From contig NC_089430.1 of assembly GCF_026210795.1 (NCBI RefSeq), positions 372,001 through 436,000 of the forward strand: a stretch of DNA of 64,000 bases, in the 5' to 3' direction. Source of the stretch: Rhizophagus irregularis. Its lineage: Eukaryota. The notes beneath the pieces are model-generated. The model did no database searches and was not told the origin of the DNA. It was given only the letters and a program-made list of their open reading frames with translations. The position numbers were made by a program, and so were the translations under genes. Positions 1-13,436 of this stretch are shown in pieces. How positions within the stretch are numbered: position 1 is the first letter of the stretch; the number at the start of each line of letters is the position of its first letter.

Positions 1-316
1 AAAAAATACCTTTATTAATTGTAGAACTGAAAGAACTAAAATATCTGAAAAAAAATAAAATAAATTAGTGAAAAACGAAATATGAAACAGAAACAAAATA
101 AAAAATAAAAAAATGAGTAAGAAACGAAATGTAAAGTGAAAAACAACTGAACCTTACTGGAAGAACTAAATGACCTAAAAATAATGAAATAGAATTAAAT
201 ATGTAAATTATATAAATTATATAAATTTATTAGTCTAACCTTACCATATTGTAAATATTTATTATCAAAATACTAAGAAGTTTTATCCCCGGCGCAGCGC
301 GACGGGTTACACCTAG
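1..316 (+). mobile_element. 3' end of a Helitron-type element (continues off the left edge)
   Basis: GC-rich hairpin CCCGGCGC-AGC-GCGACGGG at 288-306, followed 6 nt later by CTAG (313-316) and a T; this is the canonical Helitron 3' terminus. Confidence 0.7.
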
Positions 317-1637
317 TAAATCATATAAAGATTTTTCTTGTTACAAGATTTACCAAAATAACTCTTGGTTGTACCCATAACTTCACACATCTTTTGACAG
401 GAAAAGAATAAAACAAATATCACATGGGTATAAAAACTTAAAATTTGTATAAAGAACAACCATCATTTTTTAATTTGATTGTATTACAATAAAGCTGTAA
501 ATACGCCTTTAAAAATTAATAAATTGTATCGTAAATTGTTAAATAGTAACGTTGTACTATTATCTTACAGAAAAAATTACTGCGTATGTACAGTAAAAGT
601 TAAAAGACCATAATAAAATGTTACCATAAATCACTTGACGTATTGCATAAATTAATATTGATAGAAATTAAGGACAAGAAAGAATTTTTGCTTTTTTGTA
701 AGGAATTCTATAAAAGAATTTTGTTTATTTTATTTTTTTTTATTTGAGATGCGGGTTTTTTCTATTAAATTCCGTGAATATGTCACATATATATGAGGAT
801 CAAATTACGGAATACTTTGTTATTTGGAATTACCAGAATGGCGGAATAATTTTCTCTTCTATTAAGAAAATTTTCGTTTTTCCAAATAGTAATGCGGACA
901 TTAACTCATTTTTCGACGCTTGATATCTAGTTTGTTTTATTATAAACAAAGTTCCTATATTGTAAAATATGATATAGCCTTAGTATATCACAAAAATTCT
1001 TTTCTTTATTTATTGATTAAATCCATGTATAATCGTATAATTGCCGAGTCAGTCAATCCGCGGATTTTGAAAAACAATACGATACTACTAAATGAGAAAT
1101 TGACCCCAAAAAAAAAAAAAAAATCCCAAAAGACAAAATCACAAACTTTACTTCTTCACTTCCAAAAAAAAACTTTGTAAAAAGAAAACAATCAAATCAA
1201 TATTTTTATACCGTAATCTTATTTAAAATTACAATAAAAAAAAGTCATGAAAAACTTCAATGAAATAGGCTTAAATTTTTTTTTGATTAGTATTTTTTTT
1301 CCATTAATTTCTATATAGATTGAAATTATGACCAATAACCTTCTTAATATTCTGTCATCAAATTCCTTTAATTTAGGATTTAGGATTTTGCTGAATTTAT
1401 AAACTTTTCATAAATTAGCAGTATTAAATTTGCCCAGTATAAATATCGACAAGGTCTCATCAAAAAAGATCGACTATAATAGTACCGAGAAAATCATTAC
1501 GGTAGTGTTACCTATTACAGTTCACCTGAGTGTTACAAAATTTATGTACAACCGTGTGACATCCAAAATTAGGCTTATAATGACTTATTTACTCCGTAAA
1601 TCCGGAAAAAATTTTCTTTCCTTCCTAAATTTTCAAG

Positions 1638-3173
1638 ATGACTTTACCTTATTTAACAGATGATTGTATCTTTTACATTTTACAACATCTCAAAAATAAT
1701 CATTCAACTTTATTTAATTGTTTATTAGTTAATCGATTTTGGTGTAAATCAACGATTCCTTTACTTTATGCAAACCCTTTTATGAATATAACTAAAAAAA
1801 ATTACTCGATAATCATGACCTTAATTTTTTGCTTTAATAAAGAAGAAATTTTACAATTGAAGAATAAACTAGAACAAAACCATATTAATAATATTAATTT
1901 GGATGAAGAATACAAACCATTATTTGAATATACGAAATATTTGGAAAACTATAATTATTTTACAATAGATAACATAATAAATGGATATTGTTTGGGTTTA
2001 TTGATTCCTTATAATAAAATATATGATATTACTCTAATATTTCATCAATCAATTTTACGTCAAAGTAAAAATATTAAACAATTAGTTATTTCGACATATT
2101 TATTTAATAGAGAATCGGCTAAAAATTTTAATGTTCAAAATTTCATATCAAATTTAACAAAATTAAATTCATTATCATTAAATTTAAATGACACTAGTAA
2201 TAATAAAATTAATCAAGAATTTTTAAACAATATGGCGACGAAGAATTTGCAAGAATTAATGATTGATTTTTCCAATAATTCGGTCAATAATACTACTTTT
2301 GAAAAGCTTCGTACAATTATTCAAGAGCAAAACAAACTTAAAAAATTTAAGATATTGAATTGTCATTCTTTATTAAATAATATTCTTTTGTCTTTAGAAT
2401 TTCAAAAGAATTCTTTAGTTCATATTGAATTTACAAAATCTAACTTTAGTAATGTTAGCTTTAAAAATTTTAATAATTTATATAATTTAAAGTACTTAAG
2501 ATTTATAAATTGTAAAGGTATATTATTAGATCAATGTGAGATTTTAAAATTTGCTCCATTTAAGCTCAAGGAATTATCATTTGCAAGTAATAATTGGGAT
2601 GCTGATGTCACATCATTAATGATCAAATATTTAGGTGCATCATTACAAAGATTATTAATTGGAAATCCGACAATTCTTTCTATTGAAAATATATCAATAT
2701 ATTGTTCAAATCTTATTTTTTTAAAAATATTAATTGATACCCGGTTTAATTGTTCAGTGTTACCATTTTTTAGAAATTTAAGAAGAATATTAAATTTTAG
2801 TATTATTACATCATTAACATATAATACTGAACTTTTTATAAATTTATCAAAAAATATACCTATTAATATTAGTAAAATTTCCATTAGTTATCATAATTCT
2901 AATAAGTATCTCAAATTTAAGGATTTTTTAGAAAATTGTCATAATAAGTTTGAAATAATTAATTTAAATCATACTGTTGAGTTAAACTTTCTTAAAATTG
3001 TTTTAAATTATATTGAAAGAAGTAATAATAGTTTAAAAATTCTTGGTTTGATCAATGTGAATGAAAGATTGAATGATGAAGAATCAATGTTATTGAATAG
3101 TATTAAAGCTAAAGGGATTAAAATAATGGAATTTCATAATTTAAATGGTGTTTGTGAAGGGTTGGAGGCATAA
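1638..3173 (+). CDS. F-box-like / leucine-rich-repeat protein (Glomeromycota expanded family), 511 aa, single exon
   Basis: Uninterrupted ORF. N-terminus LPYLTDDCIFYILQHL..LFNCLLVNRFWCK..IPLLYANPF is F-box-like; LxxLxL repeats follow (LTKLNSLSL, LKKFKI, LKYLRF, LKELSF, LQRLLI). Confidence 0.8.
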   Translation: MTLPYLTDDCIFYILQHLKNNHSTLFNCLLVNRFWCKSTIPLLYANPFMNITKKNYSIIMTLIFCFNKEEILQLKNKLEQNHINNINLDEEYKPLFEYTKYLENYNYFTIDNIINGYCLGLLIPYNKIYDITLIFHQSILRQSKNIKQLVISTYLFNRESAKNFNVQNFISNLTKLNSLSLNLNDTSNNKINQEFLNNMATKNLQELMIDFSNNSVNNTTFEKLRTIIQEQNKLKKFKILNCHSLLNNILLSLEFQKNSLVHIEFTKSNFSNVSFKNFNNLYNLKYLRFINCKGILLDQCEILKFAPFKLKELSFASNNWDADVTSLMIKYLGASLQRLLIGNPTILSIENISIYCSNLIFLKILIDTRFNCSVLPFFRNLRRILNFSIITSLTYNTELFINLSKNIPINISKISISYHNSNKYLKFKDFLENCHNKFEIINLNHTVELNFLKIVLNYIERSNNSLKILGLINVNERLNDEESMLLNSIKAKGIKIMEFHNLNGVCEGLEA

Positions 3174-3544
3174 GTGGAGGCATATAATATTAGTATTATT
3201 ATTTTTATTTTCTTATAAATAAAGTCAAATATTTAAATATCAAAATACGTTCATCCAACCGATAAACATTAGCTAGTTGAAAATTATGAAGTATTACAAC
3301 ATCATACTAACGATGTTTTCTATTGATATAAGTGTAATCACTGATCACAATAGTGCTATGATAATACTATTTAAATAAGGCCTATATTATAAAATTTTAT
3401 AAATGTCATAAATATTGTGAAATCATACTTAACTTTGCATTTACATTATAGGATTTTATACATCTTAAATCATTTTTTATTTTATACTAATAACTAGAAA
3501 TATACATGGACCATCCACCAGCGTGAAGGTAGAAGTAATATAAA

Positions 3545-3822
3545 TGACCCATAACGGGACAAAATGTCCTTAACGAAAAACGCTTAGAGCGTTCGTCGGA
3601 GATGTATATTGTGTAACCTGATCTGGTAATAACAGATAATTAGGTTGGGCGTTATTAGTTAAGTAAGTTATTGTAACGTGGCTGTTTTTGCCTCGCTGAA
3701 GAGGTATTTCTTTTTGGAAAGTTTCGTGAAACGGTACAAAATAAATTTGTAGATCCGGCGCAGATTTTATATGAATTACGTTAATTAGCATATTTTGATG
3801 TCGATTTTGTCCCACAAGGTCA
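3545..3822. mobile_element. Possible degenerate MITE
   Basis: Imperfect terminal inverted repeats TGACC..GGGACAAAAT / ATTTTGTCCC..GGTCA around a GC-richer core; no clear TSD. Confidence 0.3.
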
Positions 3823-4299
3823 CGTTTAAATGTAACGATGACTCACCAATCAATAACATTAAACGTGAATAAGCCACAAAAAAAAATTTTTTTATCGTTC
3901 GATATAAAATTTAACAAGTTTACCTTGGAGGAAGTCACCATTCCACCTTATATTTTAGTTAAGATAAGATTTTTTATACACGAATTTTGCAAATTTTACG
4001 AGATTTTTTTTACACTATTGAAAAATATATATTATTTTCTTTACCAAATTAACAAAATAACAAAAAAAAAATATATTTTTTTATTTTTCTTTTTTAGTTT
4101 TTTTTTTTGGCACACCTTGATCCTACCGGCTTTGGAAAACACACCCAGGTAATGTAATACCTTTTTCTGGCAAATTTTTGAAGTATTTATGTTGTTGTGA
4201 CGTGTTTTTAAGATAGTGCAAACACCACTCCAGAGCAATAGTATTTAATATATAAAAGTCCGTCGAAATTAATTATAGAAATCCATTAATACACATTTT

Positions 4300-5215
4300 G
4301 GTCGAGTATCCCTGTAATATGATGTATGACGGACACCGTAAATTCTAGTGTCATTGTGAGGTATAAATTAACTTATTTGGTAAGTAAAAAAAGGAAGTGT
4401 GACGTGGGTGACTTTTTAAGATCAGATGGGTGGGGAAATAAGATAACCAATATTCATATTGTGTTTGTAAAATTTAATTTAAACTAATTGTTGCTAAAAG
4501 TGGAGAGTTTTAGTAAGGGCACAATGAGAATAGAATTGATATAATAAAACTATTGATTTATAGGAAAAGTCTGTTGTAAATAATATTATTGTGAGTAGAA
4601 CGTGGTAATCTAAGATGTGATTTGAAAAGCTTCTTTAAAGGGAATAGAATTTGTTCGCATTGAGCTAGTGAAAGGATAGTGAGCTGATTCACATATTCTA
4701 ATTTGGGTGAGTTAACTTTGTTGATAATATAAACTAGGTGGTTGTGTGTAATCTTTTTAAATTCAACAGAAATGCAAAGCGTGAAGTAATTTGATGTAGT
4801 TTTTTAAGAGTTGGTGTAAAGGAGTTAAATGTGTCGATGTAAACTCCTAAAATTCTTTTGCTGGCATTTCGAGAGGCGGTTTGAATTGTGATAACCTGAT
4901 TGTTCGAATCTTTAATTCAACTGGGCTGTTACACATTTTAAGATCATTAGTAGGGATCACGTATTTGTTGTAGTTAATAGTAATGTTGGCCATGTCATAA
5001 AAACTATTAGCTATTTGTAAATTTTGTTCAAGTTGGTGTTTTGAAGAAGCAAATCAACTAGTTTCATCTAAGTATCCTACTAGAGCGGTATTGAAAGTGA
5101 TATCGTGGTCTTGTTCATGATTATGGATATTTGTGATTTTGGCCATGTTCAAAGTCAAATGATGGTCGTGTAAAGCGTTAAAATCGTTGAAAGAGAGGGT
5201 CGTAATATATGATCC
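4300..5215 (-). pseudogene. Degenerate non-LTR retrotransposon reverse-transcriptase fragment
   Basis: Minus-strand translation with stops and frameshifts gives LVGYLDETS*FASSK..LEQNLQIANSFYDMANITIN (YxDD-like catalytic motif), KRILGVYI, and KKITHNHLVYIINKV..PKLEY..LKKLFKSHLRLPRST, typical of the LINE RT C-terminal region. Confidence 0.65.
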
Positions 5216-5639
5216 ATAAGATAGGTTAAGATTATTAAATTATTATAAAATTAAATTTAAGCACTTATATTAATTTATCATGTGAAGCATTTTTATTGGT
5301 TGATAAATTTTTCACTCTGGTGACCCGTCCGGGATATGAGATTATGAGAACCAATTTTTTTTGTGTCACCTTATTATTTCTATTTCCAATTATATGGAGC
5401 TATTTAGAAGTTAGAACTTCCCTTTCATGGCTAAAACAAGTTGTTATTTATATAAAACAAGACTACTAGTTGCAGTGCGTATATTTCCTTTATGTAAGGT
5501 TTTTATACTATAAGATAAATAAATTCAAAAATGGTACTTAATTTATTTATTTGAAAATTTCCTTATATATATGTACAACCACGCATAAAAAAAAAATTAA
5601 ATAAAAAAAAATTAAATTTGAAAATTTTTTTTCTGTTGA

Positions 5640-6200
5640 AAGTTGATCATTGCTCAATTAACTTTTCATAATAAGAAAATTTTTTTTTTTATGCAAGAGG
5701 CGTACAGACATGCATATTTATATGTTTTTCAAAATAAAAAAAGCTCAATTAACTTTACATAATAAAAAAATTTTTTTTTCTTTATGCAAGAGGCGAAATT
5801 TTACGTATTGTATAACCATGCATATTTGATTTGTGTTTCAAATAAAAATCTCAATTAACTTTTTCATAATAAAAAAAGATTTTTTTTTTATGCAAGAGGC
5901 GAAATTTACGTACAGATTTATACACGTGTTTCAAGTAAAAAGGCTCAAAAAAAAAAAATTTTTTTTATGCATGAGGCAAAATTTACGTACAGTCATGCAT
6001 ATTTTTATGTATGTGTTTAAATAAAAAGGCTCAACTAACTTTTCATAATAAAAAAAAAAGATTTTTTTTTTATGCAGGAGGCGAAATTTTAGAATATTTG
6101 ACATGTGTTTCAATAAAAAATACTTAATTAGCTTATCACAATAAAAAAAAATTCTTTTTTTATGTACGTACAACCATGCATATTTACACGTGTTTTAATA
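5640..6200. repeat. Tandem repeat of about 90-100 bp units (about 6 copies) immediately upstream of the channel gene
   Basis: Recurring TTTATGCAAGAGGCGAAATTT..CGTACA..CATGCATATTT..AAAAGCTCAATTAACTTTTCATAATAAAAAA. Confidence 0.75.
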
Positions 6201-6289
6201 AAAAAAAAGTATATAATCGCAATTGGACGATATAAAAAAAATAATAATTTCTTTGGTAATAAATTTATAAATTTATAAGCGAATACCAA

Positions 6290-9200
6290 ATGAGTGAAAT
6301 AATCGAAATTAACAATGATGCTGACAAAAACGAAGTTGATGATGTTGATAAAATGGATTTTGATAAAATCGATGTTGATGAAAATGATATTGTTAAAATA
6401 TTTACCTTCGATGATGAACCATATGAACCACATAATGGTAAACCTATTACTAGGATAGAAATATCACTAAATGAAAAATACCTTATTACTTATAGTGAAG
6501 AAGATCGTTCAATTGTCGGTTGGAATGTTGAAGATATAAATAAGATTCAACTTAAGTTTCATCAAACTGTTAAAACTAATGAAGATAATGAAGATAAGAA
6601 ATATGAAATCAAAAGTTTATGCGTTTCTGATTATAAGAAACTTGCTTATATTACTATCCGTCATTATAATGATAGTACTCAATATACTATTACTGGTAAG
6701 TAATAATTATTTGATTATGTAATTATTAAATTATGGTAATTGATATTTATTTTAATATTTTTTTAGTAATCGATATGAATAATAAAGATAAAAAAATTGC
6801 ATTAAGTTTTAATAAATATGGTGCAAATTATTGTACTTTTAATTTAAAAGGTGAATTTATTTTATATAGCTCAGTTTACCCTGGTAATTGTTTTGATATC
6901 CAGGAAATTATTTGGATTTATTCCACACAAACTAAAAATAACAAATGGGAATGTAAGAGATTTTACAGGATACCCAAAGATTATGAATTAATTAGTATAT
7001 CAAAATATGATAAAGTTTACCTGGTTTCAAATGATTACATTTATGAATGGAATATTAATACTGAGAGAAGTGTAAAAATATTTGGTAATAATAAGGATAA
7101 GAATAAGGTAATAAATATTATAAAATTACAAAAAATATCGGAATATTCAGTTATGATGAAAAGTTTATTTCTCTAAAAATCAATGATAAAATCATCGTTT
7201 ATTCAATCGATTTGGGAATTCCTATTGCTTCTTTGGATATAAATGATGGTAACCATTTTTAAAAATTCTATTTATACTTTAATTATTACTCATATTGAAT
7301 CATTATTTTTTTATTTATATATTTACCTTCTTTATTCCTATTATACCCCAGATAAAGAAATCGAATATTGCTGGAATAGTAAATATGAAAATATGTTTAA
7401 TCAAATAAAACTAACTGATGAACCAACTGATGAATCAACTGATGAATCAACTGATGATCAAACAAAGTTTGTGTTTGGAATTCGAAATGGACATGTTTGG
7501 AAATCTAAATTTAACGAAAAGATGTCAAAGACGAACTTTTCATCCGAAATTTCTGTTCATTCATTTAATCTATATATGGATACTGTGTCTACAAATTTTC
7601 TAAAAGTCATAAATCATCGTAGTAGGAGATCTAAATCATTTGAATTAACTGGAAATTTAATTAAATGGAATATATGTATTGAAGATGATAAACTTAAACT
7701 GGAAGTTTTCAAATGGGAATCTATTAGCACAAGAATTACAAGAATTGAAAATCATCCTTATAGATCTAATTATGGTCATTATTTGATTGCGAGCTCATTA
7801 TTTAATAATAATGATATAGTTATATTGACAACATTTGGTATTCTTATTTATACTTTTAGTGAAAAAGACAAATCTATTATTTTAAACTATTTTTATTATA
7901 TCGACCGATATAAATATTGTCAACATTACAAAAAAATATTTTCAAAATCTACTTTGCCGTTACCTAATTATGATAGTTTTAGATTAGATGGGTGGGTTTC
8001 AGATATAATAAATATTAAGTTAAATCTTATGAAATATGGAGGTGAATTATTAAAATTTGCAATTAAAGAACATAAGGTAGAATTAATTGATGATATTTAT
8101 AAAAAATGTATGACTTATTTTAAAGAGGATTTAATGAACAATAAGTCATTTTTAAGCATTATCACTTCCGCAATGCCATTACTAGATAAATATTATCCAG
8201 AATATATTCTAAAATATTCATCAGAAACGAATATGATCATAGATTCTTCTTTTTATAGTATAGAGCATCAAAATAAAAATTTACATCTTTATTCTTTTTT
8301 TCAATCTCCTCAAATAGCTAATTTATCGAAATCTCTTTTATGGACAAAGTACTGTCGTAAAATTGATTACATATATGAAGAATATATTATATTGTATATT
8401 ATATTGTTTATTATACAAGCTTTAATAATACTTTTAACTTTACCCCTTTATTTGGCTACATTTTATATTTTATCAAAATACAATTTTATTAATGATTTAA
8501 CCATTCGTTGTGATTTATTTTCTTTTATTTATTTCTACATTGAACAAAAAATTTTTAAAATTCTTAAAAAATATACAACAATGACACCAACAATTACTTT
8601 TATAATTCCTTATATTAATTTTGTTAATTATTCAAGAGATTATAATTGGTTTTTTGAATTAATTAAACCTCAACCTAGTCCATTTACTGAAACAATAAAT
8701 AGAAATATTTATAAAACATGGAATGGAGAAGCATTAATTAATTTTAAATGGAATGCTTATGGAAAATATTATTATGCAATGATTTGGATTTTATTTATGG
8801 CTTTGCTTGGGTGCTTTACTACTGCTGCAACAATTCCTCAGAAATATATTAATGAAGAAGTTAGACAACAACTTTTTATTGCTTCGATTATACTTGGATT
8901 TATTCATCTAATTTTAGAAATTCGTCAATTTTTTTATAAAATTATTGAGTGGTTCAAGAATTTTTGGAATATTTTTGGTAAATATAAATATTTAATTTAG
9001 TTATTTTACAATATTTTATTAATTATATAATATTTTAATATTGTAGATATAATTGCTTATGTGCTTTCAATTTACACTTCTATTTATTGGCTTCAAACAA
9101 ATGATAAGAATAATAATAAGTATCTAATTCAATTGCTTTCTTTTTCATGCTTATTTTTGGATATAAAATTTTTATTATTTTTTAGAGCATTTGAATATTT

Positions 9201-10255
9201 TGGTGTTTATTTTGCAATTATAATTAGTGTTGGAAAAAAGATTTTTTCTTTTTTATTACTCTTATTCATTATTATAATAAGTTTTGCACATGCATTTTAT
9301 ATTTTATTATCACCAAAATCTGAATTTTCACTTGAACAATATAATACAAATAATAATGATGATCCAAATAATCCTTGGAATTTAGCTCCTAGTTATAGTC
9401 AAATTGATAATAATGGAAATATAAATTCTAATCCACTTATGATTCAAATTCCTGATGGAAATACAAACCTATTTATGGATTTTAAAACTTCCCTTTTTGC
9501 TACATATTTATTTTTAATAGGTATATTTAAATTTTTCATAATTATGTAATTATACACAATATTTTCTAATATTTTTAAACAATTCTACTTATCAATAGGT
9601 GATTCAAGTGCATTATCCAATTGGACATATATCGAAAATCCATCAATTGCAGTATTGATTGTTTTATTTTCCCTTTTAATTGTTATAGATCTTATGAACT
9701 TGTTAATTGGATTACTCAGCAATGCAATTGAAGAAGATAATAATAGAGTCTCATATTTGATGCAAACGGCAGAGGTAAATAATATTATTATTAATCATTC
9801 CATTTCTGTAAATATACTAATATATCTCAACTTTTAGATTTTGGCCGAGATTGAGTTATTTTACCTATTACCAAATCAGAGACGTTGGCAAACATGGTTT
9901 CCTGAAGTAATGTATGTAGTTTTACTTTTAATAAAATAATTTAATGTTATAATTTTATTAATTATTCAAATTTATTTTTTCAAGACATTATTATGCCGAT
10001 GCTGATAAGACTCGAGAAGAAATTCAAAGATTGATTAAAGAGGGTGAATGGGATACAAAGGAATTCACAGAGATGCGGAATGATTTATTAAAAGTACTTA
10101 AAATTAAACATAATCCTATTGATAATGAGGCAATAATGGAGAAATTAAAATCTCATGATGAAAAATTAGAAAAATTAGAAAAATTAGATAAATTAGAGGA
10201 ATTAGAGAAATTAAAGGAATTAGAGAAATTATTGAAAGAAATATGTGCAAAATAA
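6290..10255 (+). CDS. TRP-like cation channel (N-terminal beta-propeller-like region, 6-TM pore, C-terminal coiled coil); multi-exon, possibly degenerate
   Basis: Approximate exons 6290-6695, 6767-7107, ~7164-7248, 7352-8977, 9047-9520, 9599-9774, 9838-9911, 9985-10255. Motifs WNGEALINFKWNAYG, LLFFRAFEYFGVYFAII, LMNLLIGLLSNAI, LAEIELFYLLP; (EKL)n coiled coil at the C-terminus. Acceptors around 7108-7351 are weak. Confidence 0.75.
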
Positions 10256-10670
10256 TTTTTATCTTATGTTAGTTTTATAATTCAGTTTGTAATTTTAAAT
10301 AATATGGGCTTATCCAAATATTAAATATGTATATTCTTTTTTTTTTTTACTTAGAATTATTTAAACAACAAATGTTAGAGTATTGAATATTTTACAAAAT
10401 TCTTAGTTTGTAATTTAAATAAATCTTGATTTTTCTTTAACTTATCTAACTATTAAATATAAATTATCAAAATGATACATATAGTACTATAAAACCCATC
10501 TCCAATTTGCGAAATCAAAATAAATAATGTAAAATTTTTTATATACATCAAGACGAACCGAACTGATCAGAACTCTAGAAATAGATGAACACAAAAATTT
10601 GGCTCATTATATTGGATATTAATCATATGGATCGGTCCCCGGACCGGTCTTTGCTAGAACCGATCCAACT

Positions 10671-10700
10671 CTAGTTTATGTGCGGCGACTTTGTCGCCGC
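10671..10700 (-). mobile_element. Helitron-like 3' terminus
   Basis: Perfect hairpin GCGGCGAC-3nt-GTCGCCGC (10682-10700), then CTAG 7 nt further on the minus strand. The next base is A rather than the usual T. Confidence 0.45.
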
Positions 10701-11730
10701 CAGACTTTTATTAAGTTATTAGGTTTTTTTTATGATTATTGTGTTTATAGTAACAAAGTTTTATAGTTTTTTTTAGTAAAATTAGGCTTGTTTTAAGTAA
10801 AATTGGTAAAATCCACTTAAAACTGAGTAAAAATTCGGATAAAATTGCTATTGGTTAGCAACAATAGTTTATATGTCTGAACTATCATAACGCTTGATCC
10901 ATTACAACTAGTTAAATATCTATCAAGTTTTATTTAGTAAAACAATTCATTAGAAATTAATATTAAATTAGTTAATTCAATAAACAATAATTTCGTTATT
11001 GCTTACCAAATTGTTGCAGTATAACATCTATCTGTTATGAGCTATCCATTTCAACTGAAGATAAATGTTCTGATCCAAAAAGTTCTTATTTAGCTATATA
11101 AATAAATATTTCATTAATAATTAGTAATTAGTTAAATAAATAAATAAAAATTACATCATTTACTAACATAATGCAGTATAAGATTTTTCCCATTCAATCA
11201 GTACATTACATCAAGTCCATAACAGATAAAGAAAAGGAGGGTATTGATTGAATAGCAATATTCAAAATGAAAAAAAATAATAAAAAAGGTTAGCCACCTA
11301 TCGTATTATTCCATTTTGATTGGCACCTTCTATTCTGAAGCTACAAATCTGAACCTAAAATAGCAATGAAGAAAAAAATGGGTCGATTAGTAACTTATGA
11401 AATGAAATAAATAAAAAAATCATTCCATTTTGATCAGTTCCTTACTTAAAATTGATAAGTGGATTGGTTAGTAGTAATTCGAATAAAAAAATGTAATGTA
11501 TATTTTGTCAGCAGCATTACATTATGATCAAATGAATAAAAATAATAATAATAAAGGAACAGACGTTATCATCACATGACGAAAAATTTTGTGTTAGGTC
11601 ACCCGATCAAACTATTTATCCATTTTGGAAAATCATACGATGATTTGCATAATTCTTCTCAATAAAAAAATTCCAAATTCCAAAAATCCGATTTTTATTC
11701 TCCAAACAAACTATATTAATATAAGTGATA

Positions 11731-13436
11731 ATGGAAAACTCAATTAAATATAGATTAAGAAATGCATCAAACAATAAATCTTTAATTCATAAAACACATA
11801 ATATATTAAAGCCAATATTCAAATTATGTAATGAGTGTAATAAAAAAAGAAAACATTGGGATGAAAGTCATCAATGTTGTCATCTATGTTATAAAGCAAA
11901 AACGGTACTTATATCAAGTGGAAATGAAGCTGTTGATGATTTTATAAGGTATACACGAATTAATTGGGATGCAACTGATGCAACCTTTAAAATGGAATTC
12001 GTTCCTTATAATAGATTCAATGATATAGAATTTATTGCTGAAGGAGGTTTTAGTAAAGTTTATAAAGCCACTTGGATTGATGGCCCAATAGCTAGTTGGA
12101 ATTATAAAAAACAAGCGTATCGTCGTAAAGGTAAAATGATGGTCGCTCTCAAGGAACTTAATAATTCTAAAAATATCACTCCAGAAGAATTAAATGAGGT
12201 AAGATATTATTATTAAATTATATTTTTATTTCTCTAATAAGTAATTAATTTAATTTTTATTTTAGCTTAAGATATTTTATGATTTTGCTATAAGACATCA
12301 AAATTCATCAATCATGTATGAATATACAGATAGTTACTATGACTTTAATCATTATCATGATATAAGTAATCATTATGGTATCACTAAAAATCCTATAACT
12401 CAAAATTTTGTGATAGTTACGGATTATTATGAAGGAAATAATCTAACACGTGAAATAGCTAAACATTTTAGCCTTTTATTATGGTATCAAAAGTTACTTA
12501 TTTTAGAAAGCACAATTTATAAACTTGAAATGGTACATAATGTAAATATCATTCATAGAGACTATCATAGTGGAAATATTTTGATTTCAAATGATTTCAG
12601 TTCAACTCTATGTGATTTAGGAATAAGTAAATCTGCAATGGGACATGATGAAGAGATTTATGGCATTATTCCTTATATTGCTCCAGAAATACTTAAGAGA
12701 CAAAATTATACTATAGCTTCAGATATATATGGTTTTGGTATGATTATGTGGGAATTAATGACTGGTAGAAGACCTTTCTGGGATCATGATCATGATACAG
12801 ATCTAATTATTAAGATTTGTGATGGTTTTCGTCCTCCAATTGTCACAAATGCACCTGAAGGTTATGTTGAATTAATGCAAAGGTGTTGGCATTCTGATCC
12901 AAATAAAAGACCTACAGCAACAGAATTACGTAAAAAAATTGTGATTATGAAAAACAATGAACCAGAGTATTATTGTGATGGCATTACTAAAATTGTAAAA
13001 TCACCAGATATTGGACCTGTAAAATCAATTAATCCGGGTGCCATCTATAAAAGTAGATCCTTGAGTGAGATGATAAAATCTGCAGAGTCTACAAGAAGTT
13101 TAGAAAGTATTGATTCAGAAATTAGTAATAACAAATTTGAAGATAATTTAACTATAAATGATAATGGTACAATAAAACTTAGCATTATCTATTTTCTAAT
13201 TATATCATGATTTTTTTTACATACTAATATTTCTTTTATTTGTTAGACTATTTAACAAAAGAAATTGAATTGGATATTGATAACGATACAAGTTTTGGTG
13301 ATTCTAAAGATGATGGTAAGCAAATACCAAATAATTGTTTACACTATTTTTTTTTTGTTTTTTGCCAATTTACTAATTTTAATTATAATATTTTATCACA
13401 GATTATGTTACTGAAGAGATCAATTTTGATATATGA
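11731..13436 (+). CDS. TKL-type Ser/Thr/Tyr protein kinase
   Basis: Exons 11731-12198, 12266-13166, 13247-13315, 13402-13436 (GT-AG, in frame). Motifs AEGGFSKVY, VALKEL, HRDYHSGN, DLG, APE, DIYGFG; N-terminal CxxC..CCxxC motif. Confidence 0.88.

Noticed and set aside
2531..2884. Antisense ORFs over real genes (also 11914-12114, 23186-23413, 45110-45337, 53047-53409)
   Set aside because: Shadow ORFs of the coding strand with no independent motifs.
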